This document shows positions 38,191 through 51,111 of a stretch of 64,000 nucleotides of DNA, piece by piece. Within the stretch, counting starts at the first letter, position 1, and the number at the start of each line of letters is the position of its first letter. The notes under the pieces are model-generated. The model did no database searches. It saw nothing but the letters and a program-made list of their open reading frames with translations, and was not told the origin of the DNA. The DNA lies in NCBI RefSeq assembly GCF_023055435.1, contig NW_025963890.1, forward strand, positions 44,330,001-44,394,000, in the 5' to 3' direction. Source of the DNA: Haliotis rufescens. Taxonomy: Eukaryota. The position numbers were made by a program, and so were the translations under genes.

Positions 38191-40852
38191 TTGCCTCTTA
38201 CTCATTGAATGAACACCCAAAGGAAGCATAAGAAATAGATTTAATACTGGAACTCAATACGAGTGACGTGCATGTATATTGCCTCAGTTGACAACTGTAG
38301 GAGCTGTGGTAGTCCACATATCTGACTGATGGCCTCCAGAGAAACGGAGCAACCTGCCAGTACATGAGCAATATATCGCTCCGCTCAGATTGACAAGGAT
38401 TGTGCTGATGATGGAGAGTGCTATCACTTCATATCGAAATCTGATGGGAAATCAACAAGATCATGGGGCGGACATGCAAGCACTTGTCTCTCCTCGAACA
38501 TAATCGTTAGTGCCAGCTTGACACTTTGGGGAAATTGGACATACTTGAGGCTTTGGTAATAATTGACACATTCGACATTTGTTTCAGTTGAAGTGACGCT
38601 TGAATGAGTTACAGAATAACTAACAAGCTTAGAGGAATTTGAGGATATGAGGGTTCTTCTACAAAACATGATCAATGTTGTGATGGGGATGGTGCTGTGG
38701 TTCCTCGAAGCACCAACTGATTGTTGATATATGTGTGTGTGTGATATTTATTATTTACTTTAGTGTAAACGACTGAGTTTTCCGAAGTGGTGAAAAGGGA
38801 TATTTTCATTGCAGTGACCATAACACTTGATATTTCACTGCAGTGAACTTAACACTTGACGGACCTATTGTCATAAAAGAGTAACCTCGACTTAAACTGT
38901 CTCCATCGTAAGTGTCTAGCCCGTACACAAACTGTTGTCGTCCATTTTACGTAAGTTCCAAATTGACAAGGCAAAGTAATGACAAATGGTCGTTTATGGC
39001 GTTAATATCACTTCTTGACGTTTGGTATTATCTCGAAAATGTTTCGTTATAAACTGTAAATTTCTCATTTAACTCGTCAATCGAGACTGTTCGTTTCGCA
39101 AAGCCCCATTTTTGTTACTTGACCAGCGTGTATTCTTTCGCTTCCAACAGCGGTCTCCTAGGTTTGAAGATTTATTTTTTTTAAAGTTGGTTTTGTATGT
39201 AATCATATCTAAATATATGATACAGAATTTTCGTGACCCTATAAATTTTTGATACATTTGTTTATATTGTTTTAGATTTTGCAAACACGAAACTACTTTT
39301 TAAGTCGCAAATACAAGGGGTGGTCAACCGTCCCTGTGTGTTAGTAGGGAGAATTTACGTTTCAATGTTTTACGTTTTTAATGAAAGAATTCAATTTCAT
39401 CGTAAGAAACAAAATACAGGAACTGCAGTGGGAATTGATGGTATCATCGTCTTCATAGCTGCAGGGGAATCATTGGTATAATCGTCTTCATGGCTGCAGG
39501 GGAATCATTGGTATAATCGTCTTCCCAACTGCAGTGGGAATCCTTGGTATAATTATCTTCACGGCTGCAATGGCAATCATTGATATATTCATCCTTCACA
39601 ACAGCAATGGGAATCACTTTTGCCTCTTACTCATTGAATGAACACCCAAAGGAAGCATAAGAAATAGATTTAATACTGGAACTCAATACGAGTGACGTGC
39701 ATGTATATTGCCTCAGTTGACAACTGTAGTAGCTGTGGTAGTCCACATTTCTGACTAATGGCCTCCAGAGAAACGGAGCAACCTGCCAGTACATGAGCAA
39801 TATATCGCTCCGCTCAGATTGACAAGGATTGTGCTGATGATGGAGAGTGCTATCACTTCATATCGAAATCTGATGGGAAATCAACAAGATCATGGGGCGG
39901 ACATGCAAGCACTTGTCTCTCCTCGAACATAATCGTTAGTGCCAGCTTGACACTTTGGGGAAATTGGACATACTTGAGGCTTTGGTAATAATTGACACAT
40001 TCGACATTTGTTTCAGTTGAAGTGACGCTTGAATGAGTTACAGAATAACTAACAAGCTTAGAGGAATTTGAGGATATGAGGGTTCTTCTACAAAACATGG
40101 TCAATGTTGTGATGGGGATGGTGCTGTGGTTCCTCGAAGCACCAACTGATTGTTGATATATGTATGTGTGTGATATTTATTATTTACTTTAGTGTAAACG
40201 ACTGAGTTTTCCGAAGTGGAGAAAAGGGATATTTTCATTGCAGTGACCATAACACTTGATATTTCACTGCAGTGAACTTAACACTTGACGGACCTATTGT
40301 CATAAAAGAGTAACCTCCCCTTACACTGTCTCCATCGTAAGTGTCTAGACCGTACATAAACTGTTGTCGTCCTTTTTTCGTTAGTTCCAAATTGACAAGG
40401 CAAAATAATGACAAATGGTCGTTTATGGCGTTAATATCACTTCTTGACGTTTGTTATTATCTCGAAAATGTTTCGTTATAAACTGTAAATTCCTCATTTA
40501 ACTCGTCAATCGAGACTGTTCGTTTCGCAAAGCCCCATTTTTGTTACTTGACCAGCGTGTATTCTTTCGCTTCCAACAGCGGTCTCCTAGGTTTCAAGAT
40601 TATTCTTTTTTAAAGTTGGTTTTGTATGTAATCATATCTAAGTATATGATCAAGAATTTTCGTGACCCTATAAATTTTTTGATACTTTTGTTTATATTGT
40701 TTAGATTTTGCAAACACGAAACTACTTTTTAAGTCGCAAATACAAGGGGTGGTGAACCGTCACTGTGTGTTAGGTAGGGAGAATTTACGTTTCAATGTTT
40801 TACGTTTTTAATGAAATAATTTAATTTCATTGTAAGAAACAAAATGCAGGAA
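38098..40852 (+). repeat. Near-identical 1429-bp tandem duplication
   Basis: Near-identical ORFs (one residue differs) at 38424-38675 and 39853-40104; 38098-39422 repeats as 39527-40852. Confidence 0.92.
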
Positions 40853-43683
40853 TGTGTACAGGAATAATCACCAACAAACTTCATTGACATCAAACTGGTT
40901 CTCTAAGGGATACTAAATGTTGACTTCGTAAATAATTGATGACGTATCATCGCAAAGATGCAGACAAGCAGACATTGGAGAGTTATTTACTCGACGTGTG
41001 TGGGTTGAACGTTAACATCGCTTTGAAGAATATTTACGGTAGCTAAATCTGAAGTGATGCAGGTCGTTGAAGTTTGCGAGTTTGATGAATCCAAAGGGTA
41101 CGGCATCGAAAACAAAGGATCATAATCGGAAGAAATCTTGGATTCTTAGGATCCTGCCACGGATTCGGGACGCAATTTTGGACAGCCAACTGCGGCGGCT
41201 TAGATGACTGAACAATGTCTGAGCCTTACTTAATTATTTTCAGCTCTTACGGCTTAATAGACACAACATCTGATAATAAGACCGGGGAAAACCATTTACA
41301 TTTTGAATTGTTCTCGTCTGTTAATTATGTGTTAAATTAATAAACCAACAAATGAGGAACATGACATCCAGTTTGAGTATCCAGACACACACGGCTTTGA
41401 GTGCTTACAATTTTCAGTATTACTCGACAATCTCCTGAGACAGCTCCAAAAAGTTAAAGGTTAATGACACCTTGTAGACATAATGAAATACGCGGACCTC
41501 GTCGGAAGAAATTGTTCAGAAAGGTCATTCGCATTTAACGTCCACTGTAATATAGATTGGTTTTAGTAGGTTCATTTGTCAGAATGTGCGTAATAGCCCT
41601 CGAATAGACCCTACAGCATATGGTTTCAAATAAAGTAGCAGGTCAAAGCACATATATCTTCGGCGAAAGCAAACAAAAAGCATCCTTTATCAAAAAATTA
41701 TCCCGTCCTGTGTTTATTAGTGTGTAACAATATGTGGATAATCTAATGATAGTTTCGGACAGTTGATTAGTGAGTGAGTGAATTAGGTTTAACGCCGCTT
41801 CTAACACTATTCCTGTTACATCACTGCGTGTAAGTTTGATGTGTGAGGAAAGCTCGAAATTTGATGCTTTGTATTGTTTGTTTATTGTTAAAAGCCGCAC
41901 GCTATATGACGGCGGTCTGTAAATAATCGAGGCTGGACCAGACAATCCAGTGATTGGCATCATGAACATCGATCTTAGCAATTGGGATACGATGACATGC
42001 ATCAACCAAGTTAGTCGCCTCTTACGACAAACATGGTCGCCTCTTACGACAAGCATGGGTTGCTGAAGACCTATTCTACCGCGGATCTTATCGGGTTCTG
42101 ACAAGTGAGTGGAGCAATGCTGTTAATACACTCTCTGCAATATTCCATGTCCGTCTGGAAGTTACCAAATCTGGGCCAAATGATGATAAATATGACCAGC
42201 GTCCCAAGACGATGGACTACCATGGCACTATCAACCAAGTCCCAGAGTCTGACAATCTGGTCCTTCATAGTTATAGGAACTGTGGACCAATTCTCACAGG
42301 ATGCCAAAGGTCCAAACACCAATTACAGTATCGAAGTATACTTGTGCATAGTCTTGAGTGAGTGAGTGAGTGAATGAGATGGGTTGAGCACAGCTTTGTA
42401 CAGTCTTGTGGTTATATCACATGTGTCAGATTATTGTTCTTTGGGGTATAAGGTTTCGCAGTTGTAAAATAATCTCTCTTATCTGTGTGTACCGTCAACT
42501 GCCCTTAGCCCCAGCAGTTCTCCAACCATCCCTGACATGCCAGTATGTCAATTTTGCCATATGGTTGGTTGGTTTGTTGTTTTACGCCACTCAAAAACAT
42601 TCCAGCTATATGATTGCCGTGTGTAAAAAATCGAGTCTGGACCAGACAATCCAGTGATTAATATCATGAGCATCGATCCACGCAATTGGGATTGATGACA
42701 TGCATCAATCAAGTCAGCGAACCTGACCACCCGATCTCGTTAGTCGCCTTTTACGACAAGCATAGTCACCTTTTACGGCAAGCATGGGTTGCTGAAGACC
42801 TATTCAACCCCGGAATCTTCATGAATGGTTACTTGATGATCGAAGGGAAGGTCCCCTCTTTCCACCTTTACTGTGCCTAATATATTGGGAATGAGTAGTC
42901 TTACTATGGTGATTTAAATAGTTTGTTTTTTTTCTTTGATATGTGAACAGCAAATATATATAAATATATATTATATATTTATATACCTGCCGAGACCCCT
43001 TTAGCTGTATTCCCCACGCGGTTGATCTTCAGAACATTAGACATATATGTTAGATAATTATTTCATAATCACCAGCTGTCATTGACCCACTGGCCTATTC
43101 CGGAAAATGAAATACCCTACTGCAGAGTTCAAAGAAAACCAGCCTGCTCACTTTTGAGCAAAACCTTTACCGTTTCCATAGCATATGGGGGAGGAAACCC
43201 CGAGGTGATGGAGCTCTCATACGTTTACCAATCTGGTGAAACCCACCAGCACAGTATAGTGCTGACAAACCAAGAAACATAAGTGAGGCGAACCCACAAT
43301 CATAGGTTTCTGGTGTTCCCAAGGGAGGAAACTCTGCACAGTGAATCCAGCCACCCGTGCCGCACAGTCTTGAAACAGATACAGAGTTGCGTAAATGTGA
43401 TCCTCAGTAAATGTCATCGAAGCCGCTGATGGATATACCTGCTTGCTGATATATACCCTATATCTTCACTTTGAGATGTCACTACACAAATACAGTACAT
43501 ATGACACATCAACACCAGAGAAAAATCAGTCTCAATTATCTGCCAAAACAGATTCCATTTGGTGTAAAAGGCAAAATAGCCTTGAAGATTATATGTCTGG
43601 AACACTGATCAGTGATGACACCAGCTGTTCACGAAACGAGTAAGCATGTCCGCCTTACCAGTAGCACCACCACACAGTCTGCA

Positions 43684-43867
43684 TAAACTGGTAAGTGTTT
43701 TCTTGTTGTTTGACACAACATTCTCCATCTATTCTTTTGAGAGCCTAGTTGAATAATGGACACATTCAAAATAATATTTTGTAACGTGTCCATTATTCAA
43801 CTATGCTCCCAAAAGAATAGATGGAGAATGTTGTGTCAAGCAACAAGCAAACACCTTACCAGTTTAT
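43684..43867. repeat. Foldback inverted repeat, ~85-90-bp arms
   Basis: ATAAACTGGTAAG..TTGACACAACATTCTCCATCTATTCTTTTG..AGTTGAATAATGGACAC / GTGTCCATTATTCAACT..CAAAAGAATAGATGGAGAATGTTGTGTCAA..CTTACCAGTTTAT. Confidence 0.9.
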
Positions 43868-43885
43868 ATTTTGAAACGATAATGC

Positions 43886-44143
43886 TCCGGGGTAGAATAG
43901 GTCTTCAGCAACCCATGCTTGCCGTAAAAGGTGACTATGCTTGTCGTAAAAGGCGACTAACGGGATCGGGTGGTCAGGCTCGCTGACTTGGTTGATACAT
44001 GTCATCGATCCTAATTGCGTGGATCGGTGCTCATGATATCAATCACTGGATTGTCTGGTCCAGACTCGATTATTTACAGACCGCCGTCATATAGGTGGAA
44101 TATTGCTGAGTGCGGCGTTAAACAATAAACCAACCAACCAACC
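43886..44143 (+). mobile_element. SINE-like family 4
   Basis: Near-complete copy flanked by ACGATAATG repeats. Other copies or fragments: 1667-1903(+), 5968-6175(-), 10950-11142(+), 18185-18376(-), 26030-26260(-), 41872-42097(-), 42562-42822(-), 45458-45640(+), 48620-48726(+), 50584-50727(+), 59330-59468(+). Confidence 0.85.
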
Positions 44144-44488
44144 AATTGTTACGATAATGAACATCCATGCAATATATCATACAGTAACTTTCAAGAAGAA
44201 AAGCAATATGGGACAATGATGGATCAACAGTACTCACATCATCATAGCATTTGTCTAAACTTGATGACCCATACGAAGACATCATTCAGCATGTTGTAAA
44301 ACAGGAATACAAGGTTGTTTGGTACATATCTACTGACTATACATGAAAAAAATGAAGGACAAAAAGAGTTTTTCCATTTTGTATTATTTTCACTCTCCAC
44401 ACGACTCAGTCACACGGTATGTACAACATGCTCATCACAGTGTCAGTGTATTATAATGTCAAGTCCCGGTGTTCTTTAGCGCTAAGTG

Positions 44489-47400
44489 TCACTTCTTCTC
44501 TCTTCTCTTATCCAAGTCACCAGGTGTGATTTCATATTCTGGGTATACTGGAAACTTCTCTGAAAACAGAAACAACTTCATCAGACACAAGTGCAGCACA
44601 TCCTTCCATTACCCAGTTCACATACATCCACAAGTTTCATGAAAAGAGAATAAAATAAAATTAATAAAAGAGATGTTGTCTTTTTTCCCTGTCAAGAAAA
44701 CTTTTCTGGTAAATTCAGGAATGAAAACTTCAAAGTAGGACAATAGGGGAAAGCAGTTAACCCTTTGACTTGACATTTCCCCACAACTTTTAGTTTCTTT
44801 ATTTCCCAAGAGAAACAATACTTTTAAGGAACTGCTTTAAGAGCTATATATTTTTGTTCACAGATTTAAAAAAATAATAATCATAAAATTAATTACCATT
44901 TCTTGAAAATTAGAGGCTAATTAGCTTCTACTTTATCTAGTTCAAGGTATTGTGAATTTGTCATCCTGTCTGATGTTTAGAGGTGAGGTGTAATGGGGTT
45001 TAACATCGGTTCAAAGATTATTGCACTTATATAGCGACATGCATGCATGCATGTGCGTGTGTGTGTGTCTGCTTGTACAAGTCCAGACTGATGCCGATTT
45101 ATAGTGCTAGCCCACTGAGATACCATGCTGCAGTTTAACATGAATACCCCACTCAGACACAGTATACTGACTCTGAGCGGACCAGTACTTATTTTAGCTC
45201 CTTAATGCCGAGCAGCAGGCAGGGTAATAACGAGTACCATTTTTAACGTCTTTTGGAGTGCCAATGCCGGGGATCGAAATTCGGACCTTCCACTCTCCGG
45301 GCGGACGCTCTACCACTAAACCACGAAGGCGGTCTCTGATATTTAGACAGTTTATTGTCAACCTAGTCAACTACTGAGAGATATTACTAACATAAGTTTG
45401 AAGGCTGTGTTTCGCTCACACAAATATCCAAATTGTTGTTGCAAGAATACACTATGAAGAGGTGACTAACAGAATCAGGTGGTCAGACACTGACTTGGTT
45501 GATGCATGTCATCGTATCCCAAGTGCATAGATCGAGGCCCGTGGTTTCAATCACTGGATTGGCTGCTCCAGACTTGATTGTTTACAGACTGCCATCATAT
45601 AGCTGGAATATTGCTGAGTGCAGCATTAAACAACAAACAATCAATTTCTTATTGCATAAATACTGCATGCTACAAGTCTCACTCACTCTTGCTGCTGTCC
45701 CCATCCGGGTCCACATCAGATGTGTAGGATGCTCCGCCTTCCACTCTCTTGGAGGACGAGCCACCCTCCTTTGAAACAGAAACAGGTTCATAAACATAAC
45801 TTGTCACAGTCCTAAATTAAACAATGACTACAATAATATGTTCCTGCTAAATTTAATCGTGTGTGTGTGGCTGATTGGACTAGTCTGCACTAATGCCGGT
45901 TTAATAGAGCTAGCCCACGGAAATACAGCAGTTTAACATGAATACCCCACTCAGACTGCCTCCGAGCTGATCAGTCCTTGTTTTATGCGCTTAATGCCAA
46001 GCATCAGGCAGAGTAACAACAAGTACTATCTTTCAATGTCACTTCATAAGACGTGGATGGCGATAGAACCACCAACCTCCTGCTCTCCAGACAGACGCTC
46101 TATCCACCAGAACACTGAGGCAGTCGTGGAAGGTATGTATTCATGCATTTTCTGTGACATCTTTTCCCTGTATCCTATCCCTGTACACAGGAGGATGGTT
46201 TCATTAGACTTGTGTTGATGTAACTAACACTATCTAACTAACTCCTTTGATTCATCCCTTTAATGGTGAGACCGCCTCCGTGGTCTAATGGTAGAGCGTC
46301 CGCCCGGAGAGCAGAAGGTCCGGGGTTCGATCCCCAGCCACGTCATACCAAAAGACGTGAAAAGATGGTACTTGTTGTTAACCTGTCTGGCACTCGGCAT
46401 TAAGGGGCTAAAACAAGGACTGGTCGGCTTGGAGTCAGTATACTGTGTCTGAGTGGGGTATTCATGTTAAACTGCGGCATGGTATCTCAGTGTGCTAGCA
46501 CTATAAATCGGCATCAGTCCGGACTAGTACAAGCAGCCACACACACACACATCCACGTGCATGCACGTTGCTATATAAGTGCAACATTCTGGGCAGCGAC
46601 GTTTAAACCCCATTTCACCTCACCTCACCTTTAATGTTGAGTACCATCCTTATCGTCTTTTGGTTTCATGCAGCCCGGGACTGAACCACTAGCCTTCTGC
46701 TCTCCGGGCAGACACTCTATCCACTAGACCACAGAACCAGTGGTGCAGTCTGGAAATATATCAATGTTTCTTGTTCCTGCAAACACTCACCTCCTTCTCC
46801 TCCAGCTCCTTGGCACGATGTATCGTCCTCATCATCAACGCATAGTTACGATCTATCTCCTGCAACACAACATTTATATCACATCAAACATACAATTACA
46901 AAAAGGGTTCAATCCTTCAAACATTTACTTACAATATGTATCACACACAGGTATTCATCACCACAAGTTTTAAACATCATAAATTCAATACAACTACAAA
47001 ACATTCATTTTCAAAACATTTGTTCAACATCCACATTACTATTATTGCAATAAACTTTGCAAACTTTGTATAGACTTGATATAATGTTTTATAATCCTGA
47101 GCTAAGGCTTATTCAAAATAAAAGAATTGGTCCTCAGGCAATGACTTTTGGAAATATTTTGTGGGCGGGCGATGTTTTTTTGTTTTTTTTCGCTTGTTCA
47201 AACTACAGTAAACTATGGTTGTAACAAACTCAAAGGGACCTCTAATATTAGTTTGTAGTTCATTATAAGCATATATACAGCATATATACAACAAAAGTCA
47301 GGACAAAAATAAGTTTGTTATATCCGTCAGTTCGTCATAAACGTGGTCATTATAAACGTAGTTTACTGTAGTATGTAACCAAATAAACAGGTGTGTATCA

Positions 47401-50400
47401 TCAACAATCATAAACAAGCATACAAACTATTGCGGCCATGCCCATCACAAGAAATACACAGTAAAGCATGTAAAGGGAAGTAACTGTGTGCTATTTTGGC
47501 TCTCACTGTTTTAAAGTAAAATGGAAATAAAAACGAAACACGAGGCAGACTTTGTGAGGATACAGGCGGTGCCTGAGAACCAAGACTATTACATGTTTTT
47601 AGCCTAATGTTTTCCAAGATGTCCTATAGTTCTGCAGTACCTCCTGTGTGGGCGGCCGTTTCCTCCTCCCCCTCAACCAGGCTGCAACATGAACAATTCA
47701 TTAACTCCATGAGGGTTACATCTTGACAAACAACAAGATGAAACTGGAATCACAAAATGATATCATCTCATATCTATTTTTTTGGCGGGGGGGGGGGGGG
47801 GGGGAGTTGTTCAAACTGGGGATGTAAACAAATAAACAGTTGTGTAAACAAATAAACAATTGTACATAAATGTATTCCTTGATGAGTAAAATACTGGAAT
47901 ACAGTATTTGACTACTGTTGGACATGGAATATTTTTGAATTTTATTTTTTTTATAAAATCTGTTACGTCGGCTTAAGGCCCAATGCAGACTACCCACGAA
48001 GACCATGTACCATTATGTTCATGAAATACTGAAGAAAGGTTAACTTATGCCTGCATATAAATGTTTCCATATTTAAAAAAGGATTCGTACATGGTTGAAA
48101 GATAAATATCGTGGTTTGTGCTGACAGCATAAAATGTTTATATACGACAGAATTTAATTGCCCATAATTAAGTGTGCACATATCACACGAGTGCGTATCA
48201 TACGCGAATAAATAAGTCTTGTGTACACTGATCAATCGGAAGGGGTGCTAATTGGGATTGTTCACTGGCCAATATATTAGCAAATATCACCGTGGGCGCT
48301 TATTAGAGCGGGGCGCTTATTACGTCGAATACGGTAGTTGAAAAACAAGAGGTTTTTGTAGAGTTGTAAAAGCATGACAAGGAACTACACTACCGTTCCA
48401 CTCAGTGGGCACATCTGGCACTGACCACTGGTCACCATCTGGCGGTTCCACCCAACGACTTCCTCGGAGGTTGTGAGATTTATCTGCAATTCAAATCAAA
48501 CAAGATGATAATGTATCATGTATTTTTTTAGGACAAAGTTTCTATAACTAGTATTATATGCATGGTACATTATTTTGCAAGTATGCAATTAAACATATAT
48601 ATACAAAAGGGTTTTGTAACATCATGATGTCAATCACTGGATTGTCTGATCGGGACTTGATTATGTACAGACCGCATTATATAGCTGGAATATTGCTGAG
48701 TGCGACGTTAAACAATCAACAAAACAAAACAATATCACGGCTCCAGAAAGCTTCAACCAAGGGTCACATAGCTCATAACAGTTCAGTTACTTCACTCATA
48801 CAGGTGCATTACAACTTGGCCTCCGTCTGGGCTAAGGGAGGCAACTGGTCGTTATCCTTCTTACATTACAACATGACCTGTCATATTCCTGTTCAAATTA
48901 TAAAATAGATATGTTTCTATTCCCACTGATTGCAGTGAGGTCACAACAAACCCTAAGTTATAACAGCATAAAGGTTACTTTCATGCCTGTATCCACATCA
49001 GTAGCGTTCATTTCATTACACTGTCAACTTTGTCAACATATTACATAGAAGTAGTGTAAGAATGTACACATGGCTGAGTGTTAAATGATACCAGCGTCCA
49101 CCAGCGATCTTAGCGCTAAGATGATCTTAACTCCCATACTTTAACATAGGCTTACAATAGTCTTAGCACTAAGATCGTTTTGTGCAAGTGAACCCAGGGC
49201 CTCATTCCTCAAATCGATCTTAGCGCTACAATGACCGTAAGCCTTTGTTAAAGTATGGGACTTACGATCCCTTTAGCGCTAAGATTGATTTGAGGAACGG
49301 GTCCCATGACTAACTGCTGGCATACATTATGCATTAACCTAAAGCAGTCTCATGTTGTTATGAGATGAGTGAGACAATACCGTTCTGTTAATTAGCACTA
49401 ATTGACTACAAAGATCAATCAATATATATCTTATAACAGCACAGATTAAGGAAGGGGGGGGGGGTGTTTTGGTATAACTCCCATACTTTAACATAGGCTT
49501 ACAATAGTCTTAGCACTAAGATCGTTTTGTGCAAGTGAACCCAGGGCCTCATTCCTCAAATCGATCTTAGCGCTACAATGATCGTAAGCCTTTGTTAAAG
49601 TATGGGACTTACGATCCCTTTAGCGCTAAGATTGATTTGAGGAACAGGTCCCATGACTAACCGCTGGCATACATTATGCATTAACCTAAAGCAGTCTCAT
49701 GTTGTTATGAGATGAGTGAGACAATACCGTTCTGTTAATTAGCACTAATTGACTACAAAGATCAATCAATATATATCTTATAACAGCACAGATTAAGGAA
49801 GGGGTGGGGGTGTTTTGGGGTGGGGTGTATGATGGTGGGGGTGTGTGGGAGTTGTTGACGCCGCACCGCTAAAATTGAAAAGGAAAATATCTTACAATGT
49901 TCAAATGATTAAATTCACATTAAACCAAGGCAATACTGTCGACACACATGGAATCCTTACCGGTATTACATTTACAACACAGGTTCCCCACAACTAATGA
50001 ACATGATGAAAGGATCGCATACATATTCTGTACTCGTCTGGTAAAATTATCCCAATCAGATTGCAGGCCTAGCCAGCCGTGCTTATTATGCCACACCTCC
50101 TCATTTGTACTTTTAAGATTCATTTGGGATGTTACAAATACAGACGTAAAAATACTAACTTTTAATTAGTGCAACAGAGCTAAATTTACGTTTTCACACC
50201 TTTTTTTCTTGACCATTACATTGTATATCATAGTGGCTACAAAATGATGGAATAAAATTTTGTTAAGATACTTGCACTTCTATACCTCTAACCAGCTGCA
50301 CTCCTACCTGGTTTCCACCACAGGACCACGTAACTGATAATAATAACAATAAACAAACTCACAAAAAAACTTGTAGTCAAGTTTGTTTTGTTATGATTTT

Positions 50401-50947
50401 TATTATTATTATTAGATCTAGTTACATGGTCCTGTGTTTCAACATATCATTGTCCCAAATTGTTATCTAAAGGACACGCGAACAAATTGTTGGAGGTGAA
50501 GTGATAAATCCCCAAATTTAAATAAGCTATCTGTCTTCTTGGCTTTTCGAAAAACCTGCGTCACCAGATTGTTATTAGATCTACTTGTTGAAGCATGTCA
50601 TCGATCCCAATTGCGTAGATCGACGCTCATGATATCAATCACTGGATTGTCTGGTCCAGACTCGATTATTTACAGTCCGCCGTCATATAGCTGGAATATT
50701 GCTGAGTGCGGCGTAAAACAACAAATAACAACTTGTGGTCTAGTTCAAGCACTAGGCCTGCTTGAAATTGACGTAGTCCCGTTTTTCTCTTACTGCTAGG
50801 TTATTCAAAGGTCTTACCGTCTTCCTTCTCAAAATATTTATTTCCACTGCGATCAGCCCCTACCAACTTAGTGGTAAGTTTTGGTGCACTGAGAGAATTT
50901 CTAAAATTTTGTATGATGGTGGCAATAATTCCTCCCTGGCGTGACAT
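44489..50947 (-). CDS. NDUFAF2: NADH dehydrogenase complex I assembly factor 2 (mimitin, NDUFA12 family), 160 aa; coding exons 50947-50818, 48483-48394, 47681-47641, 46859-46791, 45768-45687, 44559-44489
   Basis: Six exons with GT..AG boundaries and consistent phases (130+90+41+69+82+71=483 nt) splice to MSRQGGIIATIIQNFRNSLSAPKLTTKLVGADRSGNKYFEKEDDKSHNLRGSRWVEPPDGDQWSVPDVPTEWNAWLRGRRKRPPTQEEIDRNYALMMRTIHRAKELEEKE...KFPVYPEYEITPGDLDKRREKK*. The motifs VGxDxxGNKYFE, RWVE and PxEWxAWLRGRRxxPPTxEE are hallmarks of NDUFA12/NDUFAF2, and the FPxYxEYE tail is typical of invertebrate NDUFAF2. Confidence 0.92.
44982..45335 (-). mobile_element. V-SINE in NDUFAF2 intron 5
   Basis: Reverse copy of 46270-46630; TSD TCTGAT(G/A)TTTAGA. 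Confidence 0.8.
45860..46125 (-). mobile_element. Degenerate V-SINE in NDUFAF2 intron 4
   Basis: Reverse similarity to 46270-46550. Confidence 0.7.
46270..46630 (+). mobile_element. tRNA-derived V-SINE (RUDI-like) in NDUFAF2 intron 4
   Basis: tRNA head followed by the V-domain-like CATACCAAAAGAC..AAAAGATGG...TGGCACTCGGCATTAAGGG, a CA-rich segment and a (CACCT)n tail; TSD CCTTTAATG(G/T)TGAG. Confidence 0.8.
49129..49815 (+). repeat. 348-bp tandem duplication in NDUFAF2 intron 1
   Basis: AACTCCCATACTTTAACATAGGCTTAC at 49129 and 49477; both units end in a G-rich run. Confidence 0.92.
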
Positions 50948-51111
50948 TTGTTTGGGTAGAATATTTCACGTCCTGTCTTTAATATCCGGGGCCTGCCTCG
51001 AAGGGTATTCCGTAGCTGAAGTAACAGTTCTTTTGATTGGCCATATTATTGTTGAATACACCAATCAAATATCCTGTCGCCGATGTGATGCTTGTTGAGC
51101 CAAGATGGCGG
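50948..51111. promoter_or_regulatory. Bidirectional promoter shared by NDUFAF2 and TRIR
   Basis: The divergent ATGs are 157 bp apart. CCAAT boxes lie in opposite orientations (ATTGG 51036-51040, CCAAT 51061-51065), and a YY1-type motif CAAGATGGCGG (51101-51111) overlaps the TRIR start codon. Confidence 0.7.

Larger units (their letters stand above)
34640..38690 (+). pseudogene. Ankyrin-repeat pseudogene copy D (more diverged, 3'-truncated)
   Basis: DHGADMQALVSPRT*SLVPA[1-nt fs]TLGKLDILEALV (~38459-38560) aligns position-for-position to GADVNAxDxxGxTPLHxAxxxGxLDIVxxLL. DVNCVDVYRQG occurs near 36040. Carries a SINE and a minisatellite. Confidence 0.6.

Noticed and set aside
15600-40104. Minus-strand reading of the unit (e.g. 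ORFs 38424-38675, 36518-36916) or a ZP-domain/viral identity
   Set aside because: No recognisable motifs on that strand, whereas several correctly spaced ankyrin motifs occur on the plus strand. Substitutions between copies A and D showed no clear codon-position bias.
41643-42880. ORFs such as 41643-42104 and 42686-42880
   Set aside because: Chance translations of family-4 SINE copies.
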